From IMG/VR virus record IMGVR_UViG_2882284595_000003, positions 1 to 64,000 of that record: 64,000 bases of DNA; one strand, 5' to 3'. The stretch's first letter is position 1. Each line of letters starts with the position of its first letter. Below are positions 1-7,923 of the stretch, one piece after another. The translations under genes were made by a program, and so were the position numbers. This DNA comes from a virus. Lineage: Duplodnaviria; Caudoviricetes. The notes beneath the pieces were generated by a model. The model did not search any database and was not told where the DNA came from. It worked only from the letters and a program-made list of their open reading frames with translations.

Positions 1-456
1 TCACGCGGCTTGCTCCTCGCGGCCAGTAGCCGCAACGGACAGCGGCTCGGCATGCAGCGGCAGGCCGCCGCGCAGTAGCTTGGCTTCAGCCAGGTCGCTG
101 TGGCTGAGCGCGATATCCATTTCATGCATCATCCAGCCCGGCTGCGTCAGCACCATGGCCCGCAATGGCAGGCGATGCATGGCGATTAGCTGATTGATGG
201 CGCGCTCCGCCACCGCCATGGTCTTGAGCGCGTCTTGAATGTCCTTCATCGCCTCCAATTGCGCCAAGTTCAGCAACTGCTCCTGCAACAGAGCTACCGA
301 CCCCGCGCTTGCGCGCCGCTCCGCATGGCGACGATCAAGGGCGGCGCCCACCAGGCGTATGGCTTGCTCGCGCGGGGTTTCCGGCCTGGGTGATCGGCAG
401 AGTTCGCCCAAAAATGGCATGACGTTGCGGGCGAAGTGTTCGTTGATGGCGTTCAT
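1..456 (-). CDS. Phage early hypothetical protein
   Basis: 151-aa ORF in the early operon with GAGG RBS; no recognisable motif. Confidence 0.65.
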   Translation of the reverse strand: MNAINEHFARNVMPFLGELCRSPRPETPREQAIRLVGAALDRRHAERRASAGSVALLQEQLLNLAQLEAMKDIQDALKTMAVAERAINQLIAMHRLPLRAMVLTQPGWMMHEMDIALSHSDLAEAKLLRGGLPLHAEPLSVAATGREEQAA

Positions 457-470
457 GGCTGAAACCTCGA

Positions 471-671
471 TCAGTGCAGCGGGATGAATTGCAAGACGAT
501 GACCAGCAGCAGCACGCCCCCGGCCAGCAGATCCACCACGGCGCGACGGTAGCCGGTAGGCCGGCGGCCCGCGGTGGAATAGCAGGCGGTGCCGTTGGCG
601 AAACGCACGTAGCGCATCTTGCGGATGCGTGGCGCGGCGTTCTGTTGCGGGGCGGTAGCGGGCTGATGCAT
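471..671 (-). CDS. Small hypothetical protein with C-terminal TM helix
   Basis: MHQPAT start after GGAG; hydrophobic LLAGGVLLLVIVLQFI tail. Confidence 0.55.
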   Translation of the reverse strand: MHQPATAPQQNAAPRIRKMRYVRFANGTACYSTAGRRPTGYRRAVVDLLAGGVLLLVIVLQFIPLH

Positions 672-766
672 GGCGTTCTCCAGGGTGGCGCTGCGTTTTT
701 TGGGCGTAAAAATCCCCCTCGCACTGCGCAAGTGCGATTTTCAGAGAGAGGGGGAGGGGGTAAGAC

Positions 767-1261
767 TTAGGCGGTCAGGCCGGGCAGCTCAAGCTGGTTT
801 TCCAGCTTCTTGCGGCGAAGCTCATGCTGCAATTCCGACAGCCGCTGCTTGGTCGCCATCGGTATGCTGACGCCTGCCTTGGGTAGCGCCGGCGGGCAAA
901 GCGTTTCGCGTACATAGCGATAGGTGGTGAAGGTGTGGCCGCAGGTGAGGTTGGAACACTGGAAGTATTCTTCCTGGGTCAAATTGCTGAGATAGCGACT
1001 AGTCCGGGTATAAGAAACTTGTTCGCAGTGTGGGCAGGTGAAGGCCATTTTTCCCTCCGGCAGATGGACTAGATACAGGGTTTCCCGCACAAAAAGCCTT
1101 GGCCTCACAACCTTGGTCAAAATTGCCCCCGCGCCGCATTCCTGCCTTTGGCAGCGAATAATGACTTTGCTGGTGCTAAACCCATGAACCACGCGCACAG
1201 GGCGGTAAGGCGTTTCGCAGACGGGGCCGCCGCAGTGATGGCAAACGATGGTGTCTTCCAT
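767..1261 (-). CDS. ogr: Ogr/Delta-like zinc-finger late activator with two C4 fingers
   Basis: CPHC...YFQCSNLTCGHTF is the Ogr signature; upstream CHHC...CQRQECG is a second finger. Confidence 0.85.
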   Translation of the reverse strand: MEDTIVCHHCGGPVCETPYRPVRVVHGFSTSKVIIRCQRQECGAGAILTKVVRPRLFVRETLYLVHLPEGKMAFTCPHCEQVSYTRTSRYLSNLTQEEYFQCSNLTCGHTFTTYRYVRETLCPPALPKAGVSIPMATKQRLSELQHELRRKKLENQLELPGLTA

Positions 1262-1263
1262 GA

Positions 1264-1710
1264 TCAGCTCCGGCAGAACACTTGAAAGGTCAGGTGGTTC
1301 ATCTGCGTCACCTTGGTGCAGATGGCATCGCGGATGCCTTCCAGGCGCTGGCGCTCTTTCCTGTCCACCTCGCCGTCGCGGGTGGCTTCGCGCCACTCGC
1401 GGGCCAGCTTGCCTACCTCGTCCACCAGTTCCATGTACACGCGCTGGATTTCCTTGTCGTCCACCACGTCAATTTCCGGCAGCGGGATGAACACGCCGTG
1501 AGACTCGGCGGCCACCGCTTCGGCAAAGCTGCTGCTGGCGCTGAAAGCTTGCATCTGCAAGGCTTCATGGACGCTGACGGATTGGCCCTTGCGTTCGTAC
1601 ACGCGGTTTTCCAGACCATCCTTGCTAAAGCCCAAGGCAGCGGCCATTGCCGGCCAACCGCCCGGCATGGCCTTGCACATCGTCTGGTATGCGGTTCTCA
1701 GTCTGTCCAT
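1264..1710 (-). CDS. YmfL/CII-like phage regulatory protein
   Basis: PGGWPAMAAALG...LENR N-terminus and DGEVDRKE C-terminus typical of the family. Confidence 0.8.
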   Translation of the reverse strand: MDRLRTAYQTMCKAMPGGWPAMAAALGFSKDGLENRVYERKGQSVSVHEALQMQAFSASSSFAEAVAAESHGVFIPLPEIDVVDDKEIQRVYMELVDEVGKLAREWREATRDGEVDRKERQRLEGIRDAICTKVTQMNHLTFQVFCRS

Positions 1711-1752
1711 CTGCTGCTCCTTCCGGCCACCGGCTAGTGGTGGTTCCGGTGG

Positions 1753-1998
1753 TTATGCGCCCAATCCGCTTGGGTTATCTTTTGTTTGGTTATTGAATTG
1801 CGATCTGAAACTGTCTAAACCGACACGAAAGAAAGCCCCTGATTGATTGCTTCTGGAAACGTTGAACTCTCGACATATGTCATTCAGCTCCCGGTCTTCT
1901 TCTTCGGTCAGGTACATCTGCACTCGCACCGTTGCGGAACCCCTGGCAACTCTGGCGGGGCCAGAGGAACGTCGTTTACGCTTCGGAATGTGTGTCAT
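1753..1998 (-). CDS. Cro/Cox-position DNA-binding protein (ribbon-helix-helix-like)
   Basis: Divergent from the repressor; VRVQMYLTEEEDREL...NVSRS pattern. Confidence 0.65.
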   Translation of the reverse strand: MTHIPKRKRRSSGPARVARGSATVRVQMYLTEEEDRELNDICREFNVSRSNQSGAFFRVGLDSFRSQFNNQTKDNPSGLGA

Positions 1999-2081
1999 TT
2001 GAGTTACTATGCCTACCATAGTGAGTCATGGCGTCATGATAGCTACTATTCTAGGAATGTCAACTAAAAAGCCTACTATTG
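1999..2081. promoter_or_regulatory. Lysis/lysogeny switch region with repeated CTACTATT-like boxes
   Basis: CTACTATT at 2043 and 2073, variants TTACTATG and CTACCATA, between divergent regulators. Confidence 0.45.
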
Positions 2082-2407
2082 TGAATATCGGGATACGCTT
2101 GCGTGATGAGCGCATGAGACTTGGCCTAACTCAATCGGATGCTGCAAAGGCCGCCGATGTAGGGTTTTCCACATATCAGACTTGGGAGAAGGACCGATCC
2201 CCCAATGCTGAGGCCCTTGCCAGGCTTCATTCCGTTGGATTCGACATTCTGTACGTTGTGACAGGAATCAAGGATGAGTCCACGCTTTCCAACGAAGACA
2301 GTAGCTTACTGGCTCGCCTCAATCAGCTTGATGACAAAGCTCGCCGTGCTTGGCTGGCGAGTGCGGCCGCGTTCGTTGAAAGCTACACGTCGAGTGACCT
2401 GTTATAA
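2057..2407 (+). CDS. XRE-family HTH prophage repressor
   Basis: IGIRLRDERMRLGLTQ...WEK...GFDILYVVTG; start uncertain (2009/2057/2081). Confidence 0.9.
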   Translation: MSTKKPTIVNIGIRLRDERMRLGLTQSDAAKAADVGFSTYQTWEKDRSPNAEALARLHSVGFDILYVVTGIKDESTLSNEDSSLLARLNQLDDKARRAWLASAAAFVESYTSSDLL

Positions 2408-2507
2408 AGTACAGGTATCGCCATTTTTTCCACTCTTTGCGATGCATTTTCGTTTGTGACTCACTAAGTGGGGCATAAAATTGCCAGAAATTTTCTGGTG
2501 ATGCTCC

Positions 2508-4031
2508 ATGAATCGATCCCGCAACGTCCTCGAATTTCTCTACCCCATCGCACCTGACATCCAGATGCGCTTCTCGCTTCTTCAATGGCATGAGTTTGGT
2601 TACTACCTTTCCGGCGTACATGATGGCGAGGAGCTGTTCTTCCGCAAGGATGCTGCTACATTCCTCGGAGGCTGCGAGCAATTGCTGTCTAGCCCCTTTG
2701 TAGCAGCACCGCCTTTACCTTCAGTGCAGCAGCGTTTGATAGAGATTCAGATTGATGGCCTGGCAGAGGACAAGAATCCTGAGGCATATCATGCATTGCT
2801 TGCCAAAGTACGAGATGAAGGATTCGCCGTTTATACAGCCCAAGATAAGCCAAGTAGCAAGAACTGCGAACCAGGTTTTCTACTGCGCACAGGGGTGACA
2901 AAAAATCTAAGCTATTATTTTTGCCACCCTTCGATTTCTCCAGATCGCTCAAAAATCAACGCTCTAAAAGCGCGGAAGCATGAGGACAAGAATCAGGCAG
3001 GTGAAGATTGTTCTGTTATTGTACAAAGCACAGACGCATTTATTGACTTTCTGAAGACTGGTTTCTTGCCAGTTCTAGAACCTTATTGGAAGTCGAGACG
3101 CATCGAAGTTACCGCACCCTTCGAAAATTCAGACGGATACTTAAACGGATGGGCTTTTCTGCTCGGTCGGTGGTTTTATTCGGCACTTGACCTAAAATCC
3201 CCCTCTGTGGCCGTTCCATATTGGACACAAACTGAGGTGCCAAATTTTTCATTTTCAGATGGTGACGTACTGAATTGCTACGATTACAGTGTGACCCTTC
3301 AAGTCGAATCCGCAATGAAAGGTTTCCATGGTGTAGTTGTCATGAAACGATTTGATGGAAATCGCCCAGCTGGATACTTCCGCTGCCAGCAACATGCGCT
3401 GGTAAAAACACTTCAAGATGGGAACCTTGCAAGGCTTAATCCCATCCTGAATGAGTCAGCAGTACGAATCGAAAAGATGCGTGCGGAAGCTGACTTGGAT
3501 TATGTAGGTTCTCAAGCCGGAGCAGGAAAAGAAATCAGCAGCAGTCCAGCCGTAATCAACCTGTCATTTCTATATCGCAAGGCTGATGGAGTTGAAGAAA
3601 AATACGAGCTGAGTAACTGGAAAGAGCAAGGTCGTTATCTTGTCGCCACCACCCCCGCTGGGCCTCGTACTTTTCGAAAGGACCGAGTGGTTGAATACTA
3701 TGGCAATGTCAAAGCAATGCTGACAGACCCCGATTCAATAGCCCCACCGCCACCAAAACCGAAGATGGTTTCACATATCGGACCTCAGATTCTATTCACT
3801 GGATATAGCCAAGCCGAGAGAGATAGACTTGAAGCGTTGGCAAGTAGTAACGGCATGACAGTTGTTAAGTCAGTTACGCAGTCTTTGTCATATCTTTGCG
3901 GTGGCCCGAATGCCGGTCCTTCTAAAGTTGAACAGGCAAGGGAGAAAGGCGTCTGGATTTTAAATGCGGCTGCGCTTGGTGCATTACTCCAAACAGGCGA
4001 GTTACCCGATGAAGATGTGAACTTCGCTTAA
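2508..4031 (+). CDS. Protein with unknown N-terminus, WYL-like domain and C-terminal BRCT domain
   Basis: FLYRKADG...RTFRKDRV (WYL-like); ILFTG...VTQSLSYLCGGPNAGPSKVEQA (BRCT); lower GC than flanks. Confidence 0.75.
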   Translation: MNRSRNVLEFLYPIAPDIQMRFSLLQWHEFGYYLSGVHDGEELFFRKDAATFLGGCEQLLSSPFVAAPPLPSVQQRLIEIQIDGLAEDKNPEAYHALLAKVRDEGFAVYTAQDKPSSKNCEPGFLLRTGVTKNLSYYFCHPSISPDRSKINALKARKHEDKNQAGEDCSVIVQSTDAFIDFLKTGFLPVLEPYWKSRRIEVTAPFENSDGYLNGWAFLLGRWFYSALDLKSPSVAVPYWTQTEVPNFSFSDGDVLNCYDYSVTLQVESAMKGFHGVVVMKRFDGNRPAGYFRCQQHALVKTLQDGNLARLNPILNESAVRIEKMRAEADLDYVGSQAGAGKEISSSPAVINLSFLYRKADGVEEKYELSNWKEQGRYLVATTPAGPRTFRKDRVVEYYGNVKAMLTDPDSIAPPPPKPKMVSHIGPQILFTGYSQAERDRLEALASSNGMTVVKSVTQSLSYLCGGPNAGPSKVEQAREKGVWILNAAALGALLQTGELPDEDVNFA

Positions 4032-4062
4032 AATTATAACGAGTAGGGGCGCATAGGTGAAA

Positions 4063-4389
4063 TCACCTGGAAGTCCAGTGTGTTGCAAATAACGCCGCCA
4101 TGCAGACCTCACGCGGTGCGCTGATCAACAGGACTTTATGCGGGCGGGTGCTGCCGCTGACCAAACAGGACAAGGCAGCATCGAAAGCGTCCCGCACCTC
4201 ATCGCCCCGATTCATGGCGATGTCCGACACGATCTTGGCCGACTCGAACCAGTCGCGGCAGTAGTTGGGATGATGGAAGTAGGGCGCGTCCCGCACTTCG
4301 TCGGGGATGCGCCAGTAGCTGGCGGCGATGGCTTCGTTCAAGTCATCGTCGGACAGGGCGGCATATTGGTTCAGGCGGCTAAAGTCCAT
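4063..4389 (-). CDS. Small phage protein, possibly NinX/ABA-sandwich-like
   Basis: LSDDDLNEAIA and PNYCRDW motifs; GGAG RBS. Confidence 0.5.
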   Translation of the reverse strand: MDFSRLNQYAALSDDDLNEAIAASYWRIPDEVRDAPYFHHPNYCRDWFESAKIVSDIAMNRGDEVRDAFDAALSCLVSGSTRPHKVLLISAPREVCMAALFATHWTSR

Positions 4390-4486
4390 GTGAGCGCTCC
4401 GGCATTTGGATGCGCCTACTGTAGCCGCGCCGGCGGCCTGGCGGTCGGCCGCTCTGTTGTGCCGCTCCCCGATACAACTTCCGCCC

Positions 4487-4520
4487 AAAAAATAAGCGCC
4501 TCCAGCAAGAGGCGCTTTTT
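4487..4520. terminator. Intrinsic terminator after hicB
   Basis: AAGCGCCTC-cagcaa-GAGGCGCTT with A/T tracts on both sides. Confidence 0.75.
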
Positions 4521-4575
4521 CATTGCCCTGGCGGCGGTTGCGCACAGGGTTATCCACTGGCGATGGTGGACAGCC

Positions 4576-4986
4576 CTATGCGGACTGCTGAAGTTCCTTC
4601 AGCGCGGACCGAGCCAGGAAGCCGGAGCGACTGTCGTACTCAGGATGGGCGCCAACAAAGTCATCAATGCGGCGGATCAAGTTTGCCGGGAGCGTGACAT
4701 TGATCTTGGTGGCCTTGCCCAAATAGCGGGTAATGTCCACCTCCACCACTGCCCAGATAAAGCCCTGGTACTCAGGATTGGCGGAGTGGGCCTGCACCGT
4801 CCCAGCAGTGGGGATGATGGCGTCGTCCTCGTCCAGCCCCTCCAGGTGCAGGTCGATGGCCTCTTTTGCGCTGCTCATGGCTTCATCCAGGGTATCACCC
4901 GCGGAGAAGCACCCTGGGATATCTGGCACGATCACGCCGTAGGCGTGGTCGGCGTCGCCCGGCTCGATGGCGATTGGAAACAACAT
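4576..4986 (-). CDS. hicB: HicB antitoxin
   Basis: YGVIVPDIPGCFSAGDTLDEA...KINVTLP...SRSGFL; alternative start at 5064. Confidence 0.95.
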   Translation of the reverse strand: MLFPIAIEPGDADHAYGVIVPDIPGCFSAGDTLDEAMSSAKEAIDLHLEGLDEDDAIIPTAGTVQAHSANPEYQGFIWAVVEVDITRYLGKATKINVTLPANLIRRIDDFVGAHPEYDSRSGFLARSALKELQQSA

Positions 4987-5060
4987 GGTCTTGGTTCCCT
5001 TGGTTGTAGCGGGCTGATGCTTGGCAGGAAAGCCAACCCCTTGCGGGGCTGGCTGCTTCA

Positions 5061-5243
5061 TCACTTCAATCCGGCTTGTTTCAGCATGCTATTCCACGTT
5101 CCGATTTTGTAATCTTTGGTGGGATGCTTGACTGTTACTCGGCCGGGTTTGGTGGGATGCTTGAACTGGTGGTGACTACCCTTGCAGGCAACTTCAAACC
5201 ACCCGTCATCCATCAGCATCCTTATGAACTCCCGACTATTCAT
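5061..5243 (-). CDS. hicA: HicA mRNA interferase toxin
   Basis: MNSREFIRML..DGW...KGSHHQFKHPTKPGRVTV.HP. Confidence 0.95.
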   Translation of the reverse strand: MNSREFIRMLMDDGWFEVACKGSHHQFKHPTKPGRVTVKHPTKDYKIGTWNSMLKQAGLK

Positions 5244-5273
5244 CCTGCCCCTTGTTTCGTTGTTGATGGGGTT

Positions 5274-5318
5274 ACTATAACTCTGAGAGGGTGGTGTGTC
5301 AATAACTCTGGGGTTATT
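5274..5318 (-). promoter_or_regulatory. sigma70 promoter of hicAB with palindromic operator
   Basis: TTGACA(5302-5297)-17 bp-TATAGT(5279-5274); AATAAC-N6-GTTATT palindrome at 5301-5318. Confidence 0.75.
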
Positions 5319-5320
5319 TG

Positions 5321-5419
5321 TCATCCGACCACATCTTCCAGCCGCTCCTCCAGCTCCAGCGCGGTGGTGTAGCCGCCACTGCCAGCTGATGCGTGATCAT
5401 CTTCAATACCCTGCCAGTG
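5321..5419 (-). pseudogene. Orphaned 3' end of gene D
   Basis: Encodes GGYTTALELEERLEDVVG*, matching the D C-terminus 930 bp away, with a 1-bp deletion. Confidence 0.85.
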
Positions 5420-5521
5420 ATTTGGATGGTTGGTTTTATGGGTTGGTGTGTGACAGAAGATGCTGAGGTGGTGACGATCAATCCGATTGGGCACAGCTTT
5501 TATGGTATTGGGGTGTGTCAA

Positions 5522-5565
5522 ATGAAAATTGCCGTTAACTTGTAAAAGTTAACGGCAATTTTCAT
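5522..5565. terminator. Perfect 20-bp inverted repeat downstream of the aegerolysin gene
   Basis: ATGAAAATTGCCGTTAACTT-gtaa-AAGTTAACGGCAATTTTCAT. Confidence 0.7.
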
Positions 5566-5593
5566 AACCAATCTGTGTGGTTTTTTTGGGGGT

Positions 5594-6025
5594 TCACGCT
5601 TGTTTTTGACGTTTTTTCTTCATGGTTTCAAGGGTCACATTGCCCAGCGCTCCGCTGTCCAAATTCGCGCCAGATGGCTCAGTGATGTAGCGGTTATAGG
5701 GAGGCTGAGCGCCGGCAGGGCTGAAGTTTGAACTATTTTCTTTTGATCCCCAGGGACAATCCCAAGTATATGTGCCAACCTTGGTTGATCCATCATAAAT
5801 ATCAAAAGACCCCTCAGTGCCAGATGAGGCATTTTCACGGCCACAAGCATAGATTGTGTAAGTGTCGTCTTCAGTAATTACTTGGCCTTCGATTTGACTG
5901 GCTGGAATTTCCTCGTCTTTATTGCCTTCTGCATAGAACTTACCCCAGGAATGGGCCACATTTTTGATAGTAACTGTATAGTTGTCAGGAACAATCGTAA
6001 TTGCCACCCACTGAGCATAGGCCAT
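5594..6025 (-). CDS. Aegerolysin-family protein (RahU/Asp-hemolysin-like)
   Basis: MAYAQWV...WGKFY..GNKD.E...CGRENASSGTEGSFD...WDCPWGSK.N family signature. Confidence 0.93.
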   Translation of the reverse strand: MAYAQWVAITIVPDNYTVTIKNVAHSWGKFYAEGNKDEEIPASQIEGQVITEDDTYTIYACGRENASSGTEGSFDIYDGSTKVGTYTWDCPWGSKENSSNFSPAGAQPPYNRYITEPSGANLDSGALGNVTLETMKKKRQKQA

Positions 6026-6099
6026 GGTAAATCCTTAAGAATAGTTGGAAAAGTCATGTGGGATTGATACCCCTGAACTTTTATAGATCATGCTGTTTG

Positions 6100-6143
6100 A
6101 TTATGCTGTAAGTGTATGTATTATACTGTACTAATTGGCAGGT
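6100..6143 (-). promoter_or_regulatory. Lux-box-like site and -10 upstream of the aegerolysin gene
   Basis: ACCTGCCAATTAGTACAGTA (6143-6124) and CATAAT (6105-6100). Confidence 0.45.
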
Positions 6144-6253
6144 TTTGTCATGGTCCTGCATTAGGTGCTTCAGTATCTAAATATTGATTCCGTTCTGAGT
6201 TGCACTCAGATGTCAATTTCGATTTGGAAAACCCATAAAGAAGTTTCATTAAG

Positions 6254-7468
6254 TTAGTCGATACTTTTCAGCCTTGCCTCCAGCTCCAGCGCCGTGGTGT
6301 AGCCGCCGTCTCCCAGCTGGTGGGTGACTTTCTTCAATACCCAGCCGGTGGCGTCGATGACGGGCTTGAAGCCTTGCACCTGGGCCGGCAGCTCGGGGAA
6401 TAGCTCCGGGCAGCCTTCGGCCAGGGTGATGGAGAATTCCGCTACGCCGCGCTGCAGCTTTTGCCAGGCGGCCTTGGCACCTTGCAGGGCAGTCGCCTCG
6501 CTGACGTAGACATGGCGCAGCACCTTCACGTTTTGGCTGCTCGGCTCCATCCCTTTCTGCTGTATCGCCGTCAGCTTGGTGCGCTTGCTCTTGCGGCCGA
6601 GCTTGGTGACGGTGGCGCGGCGTTCAAACTTGGTGTTCGCGTCCACGATCACCTCGCCCTTTTTCGCGCCGCGCACGTCATGCCAGTAGGCTTTGACGGC
6701 GGTATAGGCGTTGCGGTCGGCGACATTGAAGCGGTGGTTATCGCCGCTCCGGCGGCTGATCAGGCAGGCGGGGAAGGGGCGGCCGGTGACGGTTTCGGCG
6801 TCGCCGGCTTTGCAGAAGATCAGCCGACCGGCCTTCACGGTGGCGATGGCGTCGTACTGCTTGGCTAGGCGGGTCAGCAGATTGGCGTCGCTCTCGCTGG
6901 TCTGGTCGATATGCTCCACCTTCTGCCTGGCCAGCCAGGCGGGGATGGCCGGCGTCAGGCCGTTGGCTTTGGCGATGGCCTGCACGATGGCGCCCACGGT
7001 GGTTTTGTGCCAGCTCTTTTCCCGCTTGGTGGCGATGCCGGCGCGCAGATCGGTGGCGCGGGCGCGTAGCGTGAGGGTGTCCGGCGCCCCGGTGTGTTCC
7101 ACCTCGTCAACGATGTAGCTGCCCTTGTCCACCAGCGCCTGGCCGGCCCAGCCGATGGCCACGCTGACGGTGACGCCGCGTTCCGGGATGTCCAGCTTGC
7201 CGTCGCTGTCGTCCAGCACGATATCTAGCTGGTCCGCCTCGAATCCGCGGTTGTCGGTCAGGCTCAGGCTGATCAGCCGCGGCTCCAGCTTGGCGGTGAT
7301 GTCTTTGCCGGATAGCACGATGCGGCAGGCCGGCCGCTTGGGCTGGCCTAGCGCGCCGCCGATGCCGCCCAGGGTGTCGCCCAACATGTCACCGACGCCG
7401 CCCAGCATGTCGGCGCCCTGTTGGTAGAGCTGGCCACCGGCGCCGGCCGCGTCGTCTATCAGGCTCAT
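6254..7468 (-). CDS. gpD: Late control D / baseplate hub protein
   Basis: LTDNRGFEADQLDI, HIDQTSESDANLLTRLA. Confidence 0.95.
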   Translation of the reverse strand: MSLIDDAAGAGGQLYQQGADMLGGVGDMLGDTLGGIGGALGQPKRPACRIVLSGKDITAKLEPRLISLSLTDNRGFEADQLDIVLDDSDGKLDIPERGVTVSVAIGWAGQALVDKGSYIVDEVEHTGAPDTLTLRARATDLRAGIATKREKSWHKTTVGAIVQAIAKANGLTPAIPAWLARQKVEHIDQTSESDANLLTRLAKQYDAIATVKAGRLIFCKAGDAETVTGRPFPACLISRRSGDNHRFNVADRNAYTAVKAYWHDVRGAKKGEVIVDANTKFERRATVTKLGRKSKRTKLTAIQQKGMEPSSQNVKVLRHVYVSEATALQGAKAAWQKLQRGVAEFSITLAEGCPELFPELPAQVQGFKPVIDATGWVLKKVTHQLGDGGYTTALELEARLKSID

Positions 7469-7923
7469 GCCGCCAGCTCCAGCACGCTGCGGGTGAGCGC
7501 GCCCAGGGCGTCCAGCAGGCTGTCGTCGGTGCGTTTCAGCGACAGGGTGAAGTCGATGCAGCGCGCCTTGCCGTCGCTGAAAAACTCTTGTCGGGAAACC
7601 TCCAGGCTTTCCACCACGAAGAAGCCGTATATGGTGCCGGTGCCTTCGATCAGCGGCCAGGCTTTGCCCTGGTCCGCCATCAGCTTGAGCAGGGATAGCG
7701 CGGTGTCGCCGCCGGTCAGCTCCGGCATTAGCCTGCCGGACAGGGTAATGGTTTCCTCGTCCACGCCCAGGAACTGATAGGACGGCCGCGCGCCGACGCG
7801 GCTATTGGACGGCCAGCGCCAGCCGTAGCGCTGTTTGAAATCCTGATAGGGCAAGGTGTCCATCATGAAGACGAACAGCCCCAGCGCCATCATCGGCAAT
7901 TTGATCGGGCCAAGGGATAGCAT
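7465..7923 (-). CDS. gpU: Tail protein U
   Basis: MMALGLFVF...WRWPSNSRVG...GKAWPLIEGTG. Confidence 0.95.
   Translation of the reverse strand: MLSLGPIKLPMMALGLFVFMMDTLPYQDFKQRYGWRWPSNSRVGARPSYQFLGVDEETITLSGRLMPELTGGDTALSLLKLMADQGKAWPLIEGTGTIYGFFVVESLEVSRQEFFSDGKARCIDFTLSLKRTDDSLLDALGALTRSVLELAA

Noticed and set aside
5321-5521. 66-aa ORF as a real gene
   Set aside because: Chance fusion of spacer DNA to the gene D remnant
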